Positions 27,485 to 36,277 of a stretch of 39,470 nucleotides of DNA are shown here, in pieces. Origin of the DNA: a virus (lineage: Duplodnaviria; Caudoviricetes); IMG/VR virus record IMGVR_UViG_3300020045_002438, positions 1 to 39,470 of that record; one strand, 5' to 3'. Positions within the stretch are counted from its first letter, which is position 1. Every line of letters begins with the position of its first letter. Made by a program: the position numbers and the translations under genes. The notes under the pieces were generated by a model. It made no database searches, was not told the DNA's origin, and worked only from the letters and a program-made list of their open reading frames with translations.

Positions 27485-28983
27485 TGTGCCGCGCTCCTGT
27501 TCGATTGTTTCACCTGACGCGCTTGAAAGATACGAGCCGCCCACCCAACGGGGTGTTTGTATCCCCGTGTTCTAGCTAGCTTGATAAGGTCGTCCATTGT
27601 TTCGGCCTTCTGTTGTTCGTCGAGCTTCTGATATTTCTGCTCCTGCTTCATGCGCTTCAAAGCGTCCTTGTCGATTTTGATTAACTCGCCGTCGATCTCT
27701 TCGATCTCTCGGCTGTCAACAGGATAAACGAACGAGCATTGAGGGCATTGCGCTGCTGGCGTGTGGACATAGTAGCACATCGGGCATTGCCTCGTCTTAG
27801 GTGCTGGCTCTGAAGCTCCGCCCTTGCCCTTCTTTCGGCTTTCCAAAGACCACTCACGTTCCGAGCAAGGAAGGCCGTGTTCAAGATAGTTATTCACATG
27901 ATCGTTGATGATCGCCGGATAATCCTTATACCGCAACACACGCCCCCAAAACTGAAGCTGCGCGGCAAGGGATTTCGTAGGCTTCAGGTCACTCGCGCTA
28001 TCAATACAGACATCCATTCCTGACGCTTGCGAAAGATCGAAACCAAAATTGAGAAGGTCGCAGAACGTCAAGACCATGATCTCGCGCTTGGCATACGCGA
28101 CAAAGATGCGCCTACGTTCTTCCATAGGCGTTTCTCCGTCAACGTGCTGTGCAATGACACCAGCCGCCTTGAATGTCTCGGCAACCATCTGCGAGTGCTT
28201 GACCGAAGCGCACCTTACAATATGCAGCTTGCCAGAACACCGCCTTATATAATCGTTCACGCAGTCGCCGATGATAACGCCCTGCTGTTCCATGTATTGA
28301 CCAAGCTGAGATTGATTATAATCTCCGTCACCGACTTTGATACCTGATAGGTCTGGCTTTGTGCGCCCGTAATAATAATCGTAATCTGACAGGCGTTTGT
28401 TTTCGATCAGCCATTGTATCGGCTTGCCTTCGACCATGAAGTCATACCATATTCCAAGACCCTGACCGTTCAACTTCCACGGCGTAGCGGAAAGCCCGAT
28501 GACCCACGCGCCTTGCTTTTTATAAAACTCAATCAGCTTACCGAGGTTCTCTGACCCGAAGTGTGTCTCGTCGATCAGAACGATATAGCCTTTCGGTAAT
28601 TTACTTGACGTTAAAACGCCCGTGTCTTTCTCGCATTCGATGCGCCCCGTCATAGTTGGAACCATTCCAATATAGACTGGCGCGGAAGGATCGAACTGCT
28701 TTCCCGCCGCGAGATAGCTGTGCTGAATGTTGTAGCTTGATAGCGTGTCGCTCGTCTGTTCGAGAAGGTCTTTGCGGGGGACTGTGAAGATGATCTTCCT
28801 GTCCTTCAGGCGTTCAAGGTCGCTCTGCTTTTCAACGGCCTTCAGTATCATGTAAACAGCCATAGCCGTTTTTCCCGATCCCGTTGGCGACTGCAATAAG
28901 ATAGCTTTGTGCTTTCTCATGGCTTCCCGAAGTTTCAAGATCAGCTCTTGTTGGTCTGGGAATAATTGGAGAACCTTAATCAT
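27481..28983 (-). CDS. Superfamily 2 DNA helicase (RadD/YejH-like) with C-terminal Zn finger
   Basis: SPTGSGKT, LIDETH, GLSATP, Q..GRVLR, CPMC...CPQC. Confidence 0.93.
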   Translation of the reverse strand: MIKVLQLFPDQQELILKLREAMRKHKAILLQSPTGSGKTAMAVYMILKAVEKQSDLERLKDRKIIFTVPRKDLLEQTSDTLSSYNIQHSYLAAGKQFDPSAPVYIGMVPTMTGRIECEKDTGVLTSSKLPKGYIVLIDETHFGSENLGKLIEFYKKQGAWVIGLSATPWKLNGQGLGIWYDFMVEGKPIQWLIENKRLSDYDYYYGRTKPDLSGIKVGDGDYNQSQLGQYMEQQGVIIGDCVNDYIRRCSGKLHIVRCASVKHSQMVAETFKAAGVIAQHVDGETPMEERRRIFVAYAKREIMVLTFCDLLNFGFDLSQASGMDVCIDSASDLKPTKSLAAQLQFWGRVLRYKDYPAIINDHVNNYLEHGLPCSEREWSLESRKKGKGGASEPAPKTRQCPMCYYVHTPAAQCPQCSFVYPVDSREIEEIDGELIKIDKDALKRMKQEQKYQKLDEQQKAETMDDLIKLARTRGYKHPVGWAARIFQARQVKQSNRSAAQ

Positions 28984-31855
28984 CTAGCGGAACCTCTTCC
29001 ATGTTGTCGTAATTTGTTTCTGGCGCAGGCTTGTGGAATGCAAGGTCTGGCTGGATGGTGTTGAGAAAGTGTTCAAGTGGAACCGAGATGGCTGACGTTC
29101 TCACGCCGCTTGAAAAGTAAAACGTCTGGTTGTGCTTCGTCGCCCCTTCAAGTTCGGATAGGCGCGATTGATAGCTATCAACCCACTCAGTCCCGCGAAG
29201 CAAACGCTTTATGTTCTCGTGCTTCGTGGCGAACAACACATAGTTCCCCATCTTAGCGATACCATGACGGCGCAGGAACTTGTCTTCGTCAGAGTTCTTT
29301 GTTCCGGCTTCAATAATCAGTTCACCGATTGATATATCCTTCACGATGCCGCCAAACTGTGCGCGAACGAGAGAGGCGCAAAGGTGTTGTAACAACTTCT
29401 CCGGCTCGCTCTTGTTTTCAACTGTCGTGTGGTCGTTCCAGTTATATTTCTTGATCCATTCAAGCGCGGCTTCGTCGGTTATTAAATCGGTTGAGTGCAA
29501 TAGGTAAAGACCAGCAATCATCGAACCGATCTGTTCTCCGGCTCTCGCGCTTCCAAGGACTTTTCGCGCCGCCCGTTGGAACGTCAAGATGTTCTTCAAG
29601 AGTGTCTTCATGTGCTTGATGGTTCTGGCCTGAAGGCGGCGCGAGAACTCGTCCGTTATATGTTCATCAAGCAAACGAGAAAGTTTGTCGTAATCATCCA
29701 TCGCCGTTGATTTTCTGTTTTTCTTGATGCGCAGAAAACTGATGCGGCTTTCATCGGCTGACTTGCTAACGGGAGGATTGATCGAAGAGAAGCAGGCGGC
29801 GAAACGAATGCGGCTCTCACCCTGCCCGAACTTGCCGACGATGCCGCCTGTGGTAGCCTTACGAGCGAGATCGACAATCGCGAGCATGGTTGGCGTTGGC
29901 TCCGCTTCGTCATAAACAAGCGGCCTTGCGTCACAACCCATCGTCTGCCTGATTGATGCCTCCGTGTATCCACCGTCAGCCCTTATGCCGATGCGACCAA
30001 GGATGACCCTTACAATTCTTCCCAAGACGGTTGACTTTCCGCTTTCATGTTCGCCTGTCAACCAAATGTGGGGGCGATATTCCATCCCCTTTGTGTATTC
30101 CAACGCGCCGCATACGGGTGCGATGACAAGCCATCCCGCCAACAGGGAACCCGACAATTTATTTTCCCACGTCACCATCTCACACACGCGACGAAGCATC
30201 ACGGCCTCGCTTGTGGTGAGCGGCTCGACATCATAAGGGCGCATCATCTCGACTGTCTCGACGTAGCAATACTCGCTCTTAAATAGGTTGCTTGGAACCA
30301 AAACACCGTCAACAAAAAGTTTGCGTCCGCAGTTGATAACGATCCGTCCTTCGTCCATCCACGCGCCTGCGCCTCGGATGTAGTCATGCTCTTTGAACAC
30401 GCCGATCTGTTGGCACGTTTGGATCATCGCGTTCTGCGCGGACAAGGCCAGCTTCTTATCTGAAATGTCCCCTTTGTTTCCGAACGGTGAGTTGTGCCAG
30501 TTGGAAAGAGTGTCAAGGCGTAAAAGATTTTGGATCGTGTGTTGTGATGCGGTCAGGTGCATCGGCCTTCTCTCTCTGAAGCTGTAATAAAAATAATCGC
30601 CGCAGTAGTGACCCAAACACCGGAACGAAAGGCCGAAATGTCCCTTCTCCTCGATCTCTATCGGCTCGACCGTTTCAACGGGAGGATAATCGGGAGAGAG
30701 ATATTCTGGGTTCGGTGGAAAATAATCACCGCCGAGGGGGTGCTGATCTGGATCGCGGGTTGCGTCCGTCCCCTCGGCGGCTTCACCCCTTGCGGGGATT
30801 GCGTTAACCGCTGCCATGATATGTTTGGCTACGGCTTCCTCACCAGCGAGCGCGGCAAGGTCGTTAAAGTCTGTCGGCTTGTCGGCTATTGATAGCCCGT
30901 CGAAATCTGGCGCGACAACTGACGCGCCTCCGGCCTTCGCCGCTGCCTGTCTTGCTTTGTCGATCCCGACATTCCAAAGCATACCAGCCTCGCGCCACTC
31001 CAACCAACGCGCATCGTCGGCGGGGATTTCTCGCGCCACAATATCCTTCGGCCTCTTGCCTTCTTGAAATGTCCACGCATCGTTATCAGCGCAGATAACA
31101 AACTTCGATTGTGGGAACTTCAGCTTGAGCGTGTGAAGAACGTGAAGAATGTTTCCGCTGTCGATTGCCGCCGCGACTGGTAGCCCTGTCGCCTGTCGTA
31201 TCGTCGCGCCTGTCGCGAAACCTTCGCAGATTAAAATAAGCCTGAAGTCCTCGCCCTTCTTCGTGAACGGGAAATAACAACCTTTCTTTTTCCCGCCCGT
31301 GAATAAAAACTTCCGGCCTTCTTGCGTGATGCGCTGCACCGTGAACACGCGACCATCGGGGCCATATATGGGGATGATAAGTTCTTTCCCCTTGTGCCTG
31401 TATTTTATTCCGTGCGGTTGTATTCCCTTGCGTTCAAGATATTTATGTTCCCATTTTTCTGGGTTGTATTTTGGAAGTTTTTTATAAGCCGCAGTTAGCA
31501 TGAGAGCGAGGCGTTTGTGCTTGCGCTCTAGCTCAATCATCTTTTCGGCTTCGTGTTCTTCCATTCGCTTTTTGCGAGCGCGGCGTTCCTCTGAAGTCAT
31601 CTTGACCGATGACTTAGAATGCCACTTAAACTTTTTGTCGGGGTCTTTGCGCGTGAAGTAACAACCGATTGCAAAATCTCCGTCAACAATCTTGATCGTG
31701 TATGCGCCTGAGCATTTTGTGCCGCGCTCGTCGCCATACAAACAGGGATGCCATTGGTCGTCGGCTTTGATAACGCCGTTGATTGGATTGAACCCAGCGG
31801 CGACAAGCGCAGAATGAAACTCTTCGATGAAGTCGGACAATTTTTTCTCCCGCAT
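28976..31855 (-). CDS. DNA primase-helicase (TOPRIM plus P-loop ATPase)
   Basis: YLERKGI, ICEGFATG, ICADND, TDFNDL; GEHESGKS and VYDEAE; ATG 31855 preferred over the upstream TTG. Confidence 0.9.
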   Translation of the reverse strand: MREKKLSDFIEEFHSALVAAGFNPINGVIKADDQWHPCLYGDERGTKCSGAYTIKIVDGDFAIGCYFTRKDPDKKFKWHSKSSVKMTSEERRARKKRMEEHEAEKMIELERKHKRLALMLTAAYKKLPKYNPEKWEHKYLERKGIQPHGIKYRHKGKELIIPIYGPDGRVFTVQRITQEGRKFLFTGGKKKGCYFPFTKKGEDFRLILICEGFATGATIRQATGLPVAAAIDSGNILHVLHTLKLKFPQSKFVICADNDAWTFQEGKRPKDIVAREIPADDARWLEWREAGMLWNVGIDKARQAAAKAGGASVVAPDFDGLSIADKPTDFNDLAALAGEEAVAKHIMAAVNAIPARGEAAEGTDATRDPDQHPLGGDYFPPNPEYLSPDYPPVETVEPIEIEEKGHFGLSFRCLGHYCGDYFYYSFRERRPMHLTASQHTIQNLLRLDTLSNWHNSPFGNKGDISDKKLALSAQNAMIQTCQQIGVFKEHDYIRGAGAWMDEGRIVINCGRKLFVDGVLVPSNLFKSEYCYVETVEMMRPYDVEPLTTSEAVMLRRVCEMVTWENKLSGSLLAGWLVIAPVCGALEYTKGMEYRPHIWLTGEHESGKSTVLGRIVRVILGRIGIRADGGYTEASIRQTMGCDARPLVYDEAEPTPTMLAIVDLARKATTGGIVGKFGQGESRIRFAACFSSINPPVSKSADESRISFLRIKKNRKSTAMDDYDKLSRLLDEHITDEFSRRLQARTIKHMKTLLKNILTFQRAARKVLGSARAGEQIGSMIAGLYLLHSTDLITDEAALEWIKKYNWNDHTTVENKSEPEKLLQHLCASLVRAQFGGIVKDISIGELIIEAGTKNSDEDKFLRRHGIAKMGNYVLFATKHENIKRLLRGTEWVDSYQSRLSELEGATKHNQTFYFSSGVRTSAISVPLEHFLNTIQPDLAFHKPAPETNYDNMEEVPLDD

Positions 31856-31904
31856 TACCAGATCAGCGGGTGGACTTTGCCCCCGCGAAAACAATTTGTC
31901 AAAC

Positions 31905-31936
31905 AAAAAATGAAGCCCCGTTAAGAGGCTTCATTT
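31905..31936 (-). terminator. Rho-independent terminator
   Basis: 10-bp stem AAATGAAGCC/GGCTTCATTT with T run on the minus strand. Confidence 0.7.
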
Positions 31937-31948
31937 CATTGGCTTACC

Positions 31949-32842
31949 TCAAAACTCTGTCTCGTCCGCAAGCGTCCGCAGAGCGTCTTTGTTGGCCTCC
32001 TCTGTCGCGACATCCTCCTTCCATTGTTCGTCGTCGATCATGGCCTTGACATTCTTTTCGATCAGCCCAGCGATAACTTTAGGTTCAAGCGCGTCAAGCT
32101 CCCAAGATTTCTGACCGAACATCTTGACGTATCCTTCAAAGCGGCTGTCTGTTGACTTCGCGGGGTTGGGTGGTGGCTTGTGCTTTCTCACTTGATCCAT
32201 GTTGAGCGCGAGCCTGTGAATATGGAACTTCTCAACCTCGGCGTTCTGACCGATAAACATTCGCAGTCTGTCTTCGTTGTCTCGCGTCATGTCGATACCA
32301 GATGGATCATGGTCGCCGAAGTGGAAGATGTGAACCTCCTTCCCGTTGTTTATCTTGCGAGCCATACGCCGCCCCGCTTCCCATTGCTCCGACTGCGAGG
32401 AATATCCACGGCAGGCGAAGAACGGAACGCGCAGCTTCTCGCAGATTGGTTCGATCACGCCGACAAGCGCATCCTTCTCGATCCAAACCTCGCAATAATT
32501 TTCTTGGCTGTCCCAAAGATCGCGGCGAAACGACGAAGCCGCACTATACAAAATATCATTTGGACTGTCCCAAGAATTGACTGAGCGAAGGTTGCGCGTC
32601 CGGTCTTCGATGGCAACCCATGAGATAAGGCCAGCGAGCCGCGCATCATTGATGACAGACCCAAGCCGCTTATACTCGCTCTGTTTGTTTGGCAACAGAT
32701 CACGCGAAACAAACTGGTAGTAGAGCTGACGCAGCGTGAGGGAAAACCCTTGCTTGCGATATTCTTCTATGATGTCCTGCGCTTGAAGGATCATCTTCAT
32801 TGAAGCGGACTTGAACCGCTTTTCTGTGTAGCAGATTTTCAT
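31949..32842 (-). CDS. Topoisomerase VI subunit A / Spo11-like TOPRIM protein
   Basis: LTLRQLYY winged-helix Tyr motif, EVWIEKDA, RGYSS, FGDHDPSG, WELDAL. Confidence 0.8.
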   Translation of the reverse strand: MKICYTEKRFKSASMKMILQAQDIIEEYRKQGFSLTLRQLYYQFVSRDLLPNKQSEYKRLGSVINDARLAGLISWVAIEDRTRNLRSVNSWDSPNDILYSAASSFRRDLWDSQENYCEVWIEKDALVGVIEPICEKLRVPFFACRGYSSQSEQWEAGRRMARKINNGKEVHIFHFGDHDPSGIDMTRDNEDRLRMFIGQNAEVEKFHIHRLALNMDQVRKHKPPPNPAKSTDSRFEGYVKMFGQKSWELDALEPKVIAGLIEKNVKAMIDDEQWKEDVATEEANKDALRTLADETEF

Positions 32843-32851
32843 TTTGTCCCC

Positions 32852-33118
32852 CTAGTTTTTAATTCCATGTGAGATGTTTTCCGGCAAGTTACCAGTTGCC
32901 TTGCGCTCTAAAATTGCGAGCGCGGTTTCTGGGTAGTGCTTCATTATCGCGAGGATGACGCAAGCCAACATATCCGCCGTTGCGCCTTGGCATCCGATTT
33001 CAAGAACGCCGCCGCCGTCATTCGGCTTTATCGCGGCTGTGAAAATGTCGCATTCGTTGTCATAGTAACGCGCCATTTTTGCGAGAAACTGTTCTCGCGT
33101 TAATTTTTCCTCTGGCAT
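32852..33118 (-). CDS. Hypothetical protein (88 aa)
   Basis: AAGGGG RBS before ATG 33118. Confidence 0.65.
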   Translation of the reverse strand: MPEEKLTREQFLAKMARYYDNECDIFTAAIKPNDGGGVLEIGCQGATADMLACVILAIMKHYPETALAILERKATGNLPENISHGIKN

Positions 33119-33191
33119 GGTTTCCCCTTTCGTTTGATCCCGCATGATTGCAGGCTAGAGCCGCCCATTCTTGAGCGGCTCCGGTCTGTAA

Positions 33192-33851
33192 TCAAGTGCG
33201 CATCGGCATCAACACGGCTAGGTATGGGCTACCATCGCCAAGGGTGACAAAGGCGGGGGCTTTGTCGTCAAGCATTTCGATCTTAACGCCAGCACCGCCG
33301 CGCCCGATTATCTTGTTCACCTTCGCAAAGTCGCCAAGCAATGCAGGATTGAAGCCGCATGAAAAAGTAGAAGGTTGATTTACAAGCTCGCTCTTTGTCA
33401 TATCGTCTCGCTCTTTTTCGACCCTCTGCGTGTGCGTCTCTTTGTCCGGTATCACGCGCTCGTAATCGTGGAACGTGCCGTCTATCGCTCGCATGGAATA
33501 GCTTGCGCCGTCATAAACCAAAGTCAGCTCTGGCGGACGGTCAAGGGTTTCCGTTCCCTCAACAGTAAGGTGCGCCCAACAAAGTGTTTTCCCGATCTTC
33601 ACTTTTTCGATCAACTGCGCCGGAATGATGAACTTTAGCGTTTCCTCTCTTGTCCCTTCTGCAAAATCAAAATCCTTTCCCTCTTTCTGGGAAAACTTGA
33701 TTAAGCGGTGTCCGTCTGTTGCGACGAAGTTTAACTCGCTTCCCTTCATCTCAAACAAAACGCCGTTCAAATAATAGCGCGTCTCCTCTTTGCTGGCGAA
33801 CACGTTCGTGGCCTTCAGGTTCGCGATCTTGATTTGGATGGTTGCTTTCAT
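33192..33851 (-). CDS. Shortened DNA polymerase III beta-clamp (DnaN)-like protein (219 aa)
   Basis: ASKEETRYYLNGV, VATDGHRL, IDGTFHDYERVIP, GFNPALL, VLMPMR; AAGGA RBS. Confidence 0.88.
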   Translation of the reverse strand: MKATIQIKIANLKATNVFASKEETRYYLNGVLFEMKGSELNFVATDGHRLIKFSQKEGKDFDFAEGTREETLKFIIPAQLIEKVKIGKTLCWAHLTVEGTETLDRPPELTLVYDGASYSMRAIDGTFHDYERVIPDKETHTQRVEKERDDMTKSELVNQPSTFSCGFNPALLGDFAKVNKIIGRGGAGVKIEMLDDKAPAFVTLGDGSPYLAVLMPMRT

Positions 33852-33865
33852 GGCTTGGTTTCCTT

Positions 33866-34054
33866 TCACAAATAGCCGTAGTATTGAACGCCGTTTTCAA
33901 TCCACAACGGAACAAGCGGCGAGGACAAGTTTCCGTTTAACTCTTCGTGCGTTGTCTCCACATAATTTTCATTAGGTGGATTTTCAGCAATACACGCCAC
34001 GATGTTTGTGCATTCATATTCGCGCTTGACGAAGTTTTTATTTCTGAAAAGCAT
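33866..34054 (-). CDS. Hypothetical protein (62 aa)
   Basis: GAGGGGG RBS; fills the gap between its neighbours. Confidence 0.65.
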   Translation of the reverse strand: MLFRNKNFVKREYECTNIVACIAENPPNENYVETTHEELNGNLSSPLVPLWIENGVQYYGYL

Positions 34055-34055
34055 T

Positions 34056-35021
34056 TTACACCCCCTCGACATATTGAGCCATCACCGCGCTTTTCAGAAC
34101 GCAATGATTGAGCGACCAAAACGCATTTGGCGTTAGCTGACGCTGCCAAGCGCAATTCCTTGGCGACCACTTGAACCCGCTGGACTTCAGGACGGCGCGG
34201 ACATTCTCTTCCGGCTTTCCATCGAATACCAACTGCAAGCGATCCTCTTGATAGTTTTTTATGACCCGCATCCCATTAAACTCGCGGACTTCATCAACAC
34301 CGCTCGCGGCCTTTTCGGTTTTCGCTTCAAGGATTGACACCCGCTCTTTCATGCGCTTGATGTTTGCGAGGTTGTTCGATAACTGCCACGTTTCGAAACC
34401 AATGCGCCCCATGTAGTTCGCATTTCTGAAGTGCGCCAACATACTCGCGCCATTCCCGCCGTAGTAATCGGCAAAAAGTTTTTCAAGATCGCTTTCGTTT
34501 TTCTTCCGGCTCGCGGCGTTTGTCGCCTTCATAAAATCCTGATAGCGTTCGGCCTGCGCGACCTTCGCTTTCATGGTTTCAAGTTCGCTTTCCTGCTTTT
34601 CCATTTTCGGAATAACACGATCAAGCGACTTTTCCGCATAACGGCGCATCGCCTTCGCAAAGAAAATTAATTCGCCTGCCCTGTTGTGTTCTGAGGCGTT
34701 GGCCTTTTCTGCGCGACGAACTGGAAAGTTTGAACCGCCCGTGATCATCGAAGAGATGCAACGAGACTGCGCGGCGATCCATGCCATATACTTTCCACGA
34801 AACTTTTCGCGCAGGAGGTCAAAAATCTGTTGCGCCGCTTCCTGTTGTCTTTCGTCTTTCGCATATCCTTCGATGTGCGCGGCGAGCTGTTTCAACTCTT
34901 CGACATAATCGGCGACAACTCGATCACCTCTTTTTTCCGGCGAGAAGCTCACGCCGTCAAATGCGCGGCGAGCGGTTCCCAGCGGAATATCGTTTTCTAT
35001 CCCTGATGTTTCGATTTTCAT
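34056..35021 (-). CDS. First early-arm protein, DUF3560-like/polyvalent-protein-associated (321 aa)
   Basis: SFSPEKRG, SSMITGGSNFPVRR, LSNNLANIKR, RLQLVFDGKP...LKSSGFKWSP...AWQR. Confidence 0.65.
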   Translation of the reverse strand: MKIETSGIENDIPLGTARRAFDGVSFSPEKRGDRVVADYVEELKQLAAHIEGYAKDERQQEAAQQIFDLLREKFRGKYMAWIAAQSRCISSMITGGSNFPVRRAEKANASEHNRAGELIFFAKAMRRYAEKSLDRVIPKMEKQESELETMKAKVAQAERYQDFMKATNAASRKKNESDLEKLFADYYGGNGASMLAHFRNANYMGRIGFETWQLSNNLANIKRMKERVSILEAKTEKAASGVDEVREFNGMRVIKNYQEDRLQLVFDGKPEENVRAVLKSSGFKWSPRNCAWQRQLTPNAFWSLNHCVLKSAVMAQYVEGV

Positions 35022-35057
35022 TGCGTCCCCCTATGGGTTGTGTTGATCTTATAACAC

Positions 35058-35086
35058 AGTCTAGACCGTTTCTTTTTATCTGTCAA
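35058..35086 (-). promoter_or_regulatory. Leftward early sigma70 promoter
   Basis: TTGACA-N17-TAGACT on the minus strand. Confidence 0.8.
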
Positions 35087-35101
35087 ACAATTTGTTTGAC
35101 A
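35081..35101. promoter_or_regulatory. 21-bp palindrome containing both divergent -35 boxes (candidate operator)
   Basis: TGTCAAACAA-T-TTGTTTGACA. Confidence 0.75.
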
Positions 35102-35124
35102 ATTTCAAAAAAATATGTTTCAAT
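35096..35124 (+). promoter_or_regulatory. Rightward sigma70-like promoter
   Basis: TTGACA-N17-TTCAAT with TG extension. Confidence 0.55.
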
Positions 35125-35158
35125 CATCACAACCTAGACCAAACAAGGAGTTAACCAA

Positions 35159-35368
35159 ATGCCTACGAAAATCATCATCATCGCCGCCTTATTTGCTGTC
35201 ACAACGGGAGCCGCCTACGGTGGCTTTCTCGCGGGATCGGCTTACACGGCGGATCATTACCAGCGCGTTGCCATCTCTCGCGGGTTCGGGACGCTGGACG
35301 AAAAAACGCTCGCCTTCGGGTGGACGGAAAGCCTTGCCATGAAATTGCCAACCAATGCGACAAAATAA
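35159..35368 (+). CDS. Small membrane or exported protein (69 aa)
   Basis: AAGGAG RBS; N-terminal hydrophobic helix. Confidence 0.7.
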   Translation: MPTKIIIIAALFAVTTGAAYGGFLAGSAYTADHYQRVAISRGFGTLDEKTLAFGWTESLAMKLPTNATK

Positions 35369-35397
35369 CCACACAACCAGAACCAAAGGGGTGCTAT

Positions 35398-35607
35398 ATG
35401 TCAAACTTAGACCCGACCTACAAACTGATGCGCGGCGCGGAAACAGTTATGATCGGCAGGCAACCGGACTGCATGGCGTTTCTAACCCGCGCCGTGGGCT
35501 CACAAACGACTGTGGGCGAGCTTCAGGCGCAAGGGTGGCGGATCGTGCCTGCCAAGCCCTCCCCCCTATCTGCCGCGCTTCTGGCGGTGTCTGGCTGGGC
35601 ATCATGA
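35398..35607 (+). CDS. Hypothetical protein (69 aa)
   Basis: AAGGGG RBS before ATG 35398. Confidence 0.65.
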   Translation: MSNLDPTYKLMRGAETVMIGRQPDCMAFLTRAVGSQTTVGELQAQGWRIVPAKPSPLSAALLAVSGWAS

Positions 35608-35900
35608 ACAAAGCAATCGACATCGCCTGCGATCACATTGCCCAAGCCTTCAGGCAGGAGCGAAAGGACTGCGACCGGATCATTCTCAGCATGGCGCAAA
35701 ATGCCGAGATGAGAAAGGCAGGCCGAACGGTTGACGTTAAACAAGATGACGTTTTATCGTTAATAAATGCCGTCAACTTCATCATAAAGGATGATGAGGA
35801 AATGAACCTAAAGTTCAACACGGATATTCATCACCTGAAGACGTGGCAAAGGGATACGCTTTCTTATTGGCTTTCTGTTATGGATAAACTACCAAACTGA
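35604..35900 (+). CDS. Hypothetical protein (98 aa)
   Basis: ATGA overlap; ends at the bidirectional terminator. Confidence 0.6.
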   Translation: MNKAIDIACDHIAQAFRQERKDCDRIILSMAQNAEMRKAGRTVDVKQDDVLSLINAVNFIIKDDEEMNLKFNTDIHHLKTWQRDTLSYWLSVMDKLPN

Positions 35901-35903
35901 TAT

Positions 35904-35939
35904 AAAAAACCCCGCCTTAAAAAAGCGGGGTTTTCTTTT
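35904..35939. terminator. Bidirectional terminator
   Basis: AAAACCCCGC/GCGGGGTTTT stem between convergent genes. Confidence 0.85.
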
Positions 35940-36198
35940 ACTCAAAATCTTCATATTCAGGCTTCGTTTCGTGCCGCTTCATTCTTTCCTTGGTTAGTTC
36001 ATTAATCGCCCTTGCCTCTTCCTTTCGGCGTGTGGCTTCAGCCTCTTCCGCTATCTTGATTTTCATTTCAAGGGCGGCGTGTTCGATGTCGATCATCTCT
36101 TCGAATATCGCGCTGGGCTTCATTCCGCTGAGCAGCATGGCTCGTTTGAGCTTTTTCATAGCCTCGTTTGAAACGTAAAGATGTAGGTGGTTTTTCAT
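35938..36198 (-). CDS. CopG/RHH-like DNA-binding protein (86 aa)
   Basis: HLHLYVSNEAMKKL...GMKPSAIFEEMI fits the RHH pattern; GGAG RBS. Confidence 0.65.
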   Translation of the reverse strand: MKNHLHLYVSNEAMKKLKRAMLLSGMKPSAIFEEMIDIEHAALEMKIKIAEEAEATRRKEEARAINELTKERMKRHETKPEYEDFE

Positions 36199-36211
36199 TT
36201 CTCATACTCCG

Positions 36212-36257
36212 TTGTGTTTGTTTCTAAAACAATACACAAGTTTATGGGTTCTGTAAA
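36212..36257 (-). promoter_or_regulatory. Promoter of the RHH gene overlapped by an inverted repeat
   Basis: TTTACA-N17-TATTGT (36257 to 36229); IR TTGTGT-TTGTTT-CTA-AAACAA-T-ACACAA at 36212..36239. Confidence 0.6.
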
Positions 36258-36277
36258 GAAAATACAATCAAGTTTCG

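Noticed and set aside
33158-33181. Terminator after the clamp-like gene
   Set aside because: 7-bp hairpin without a U tract on either strand; too weak to call
1045-35021. Stop-codon reassignment, introns or inteins in core genes
   Set aside because: Core genes are uninterrupted and of normal length in the standard code, and all three stop codons are used as stops
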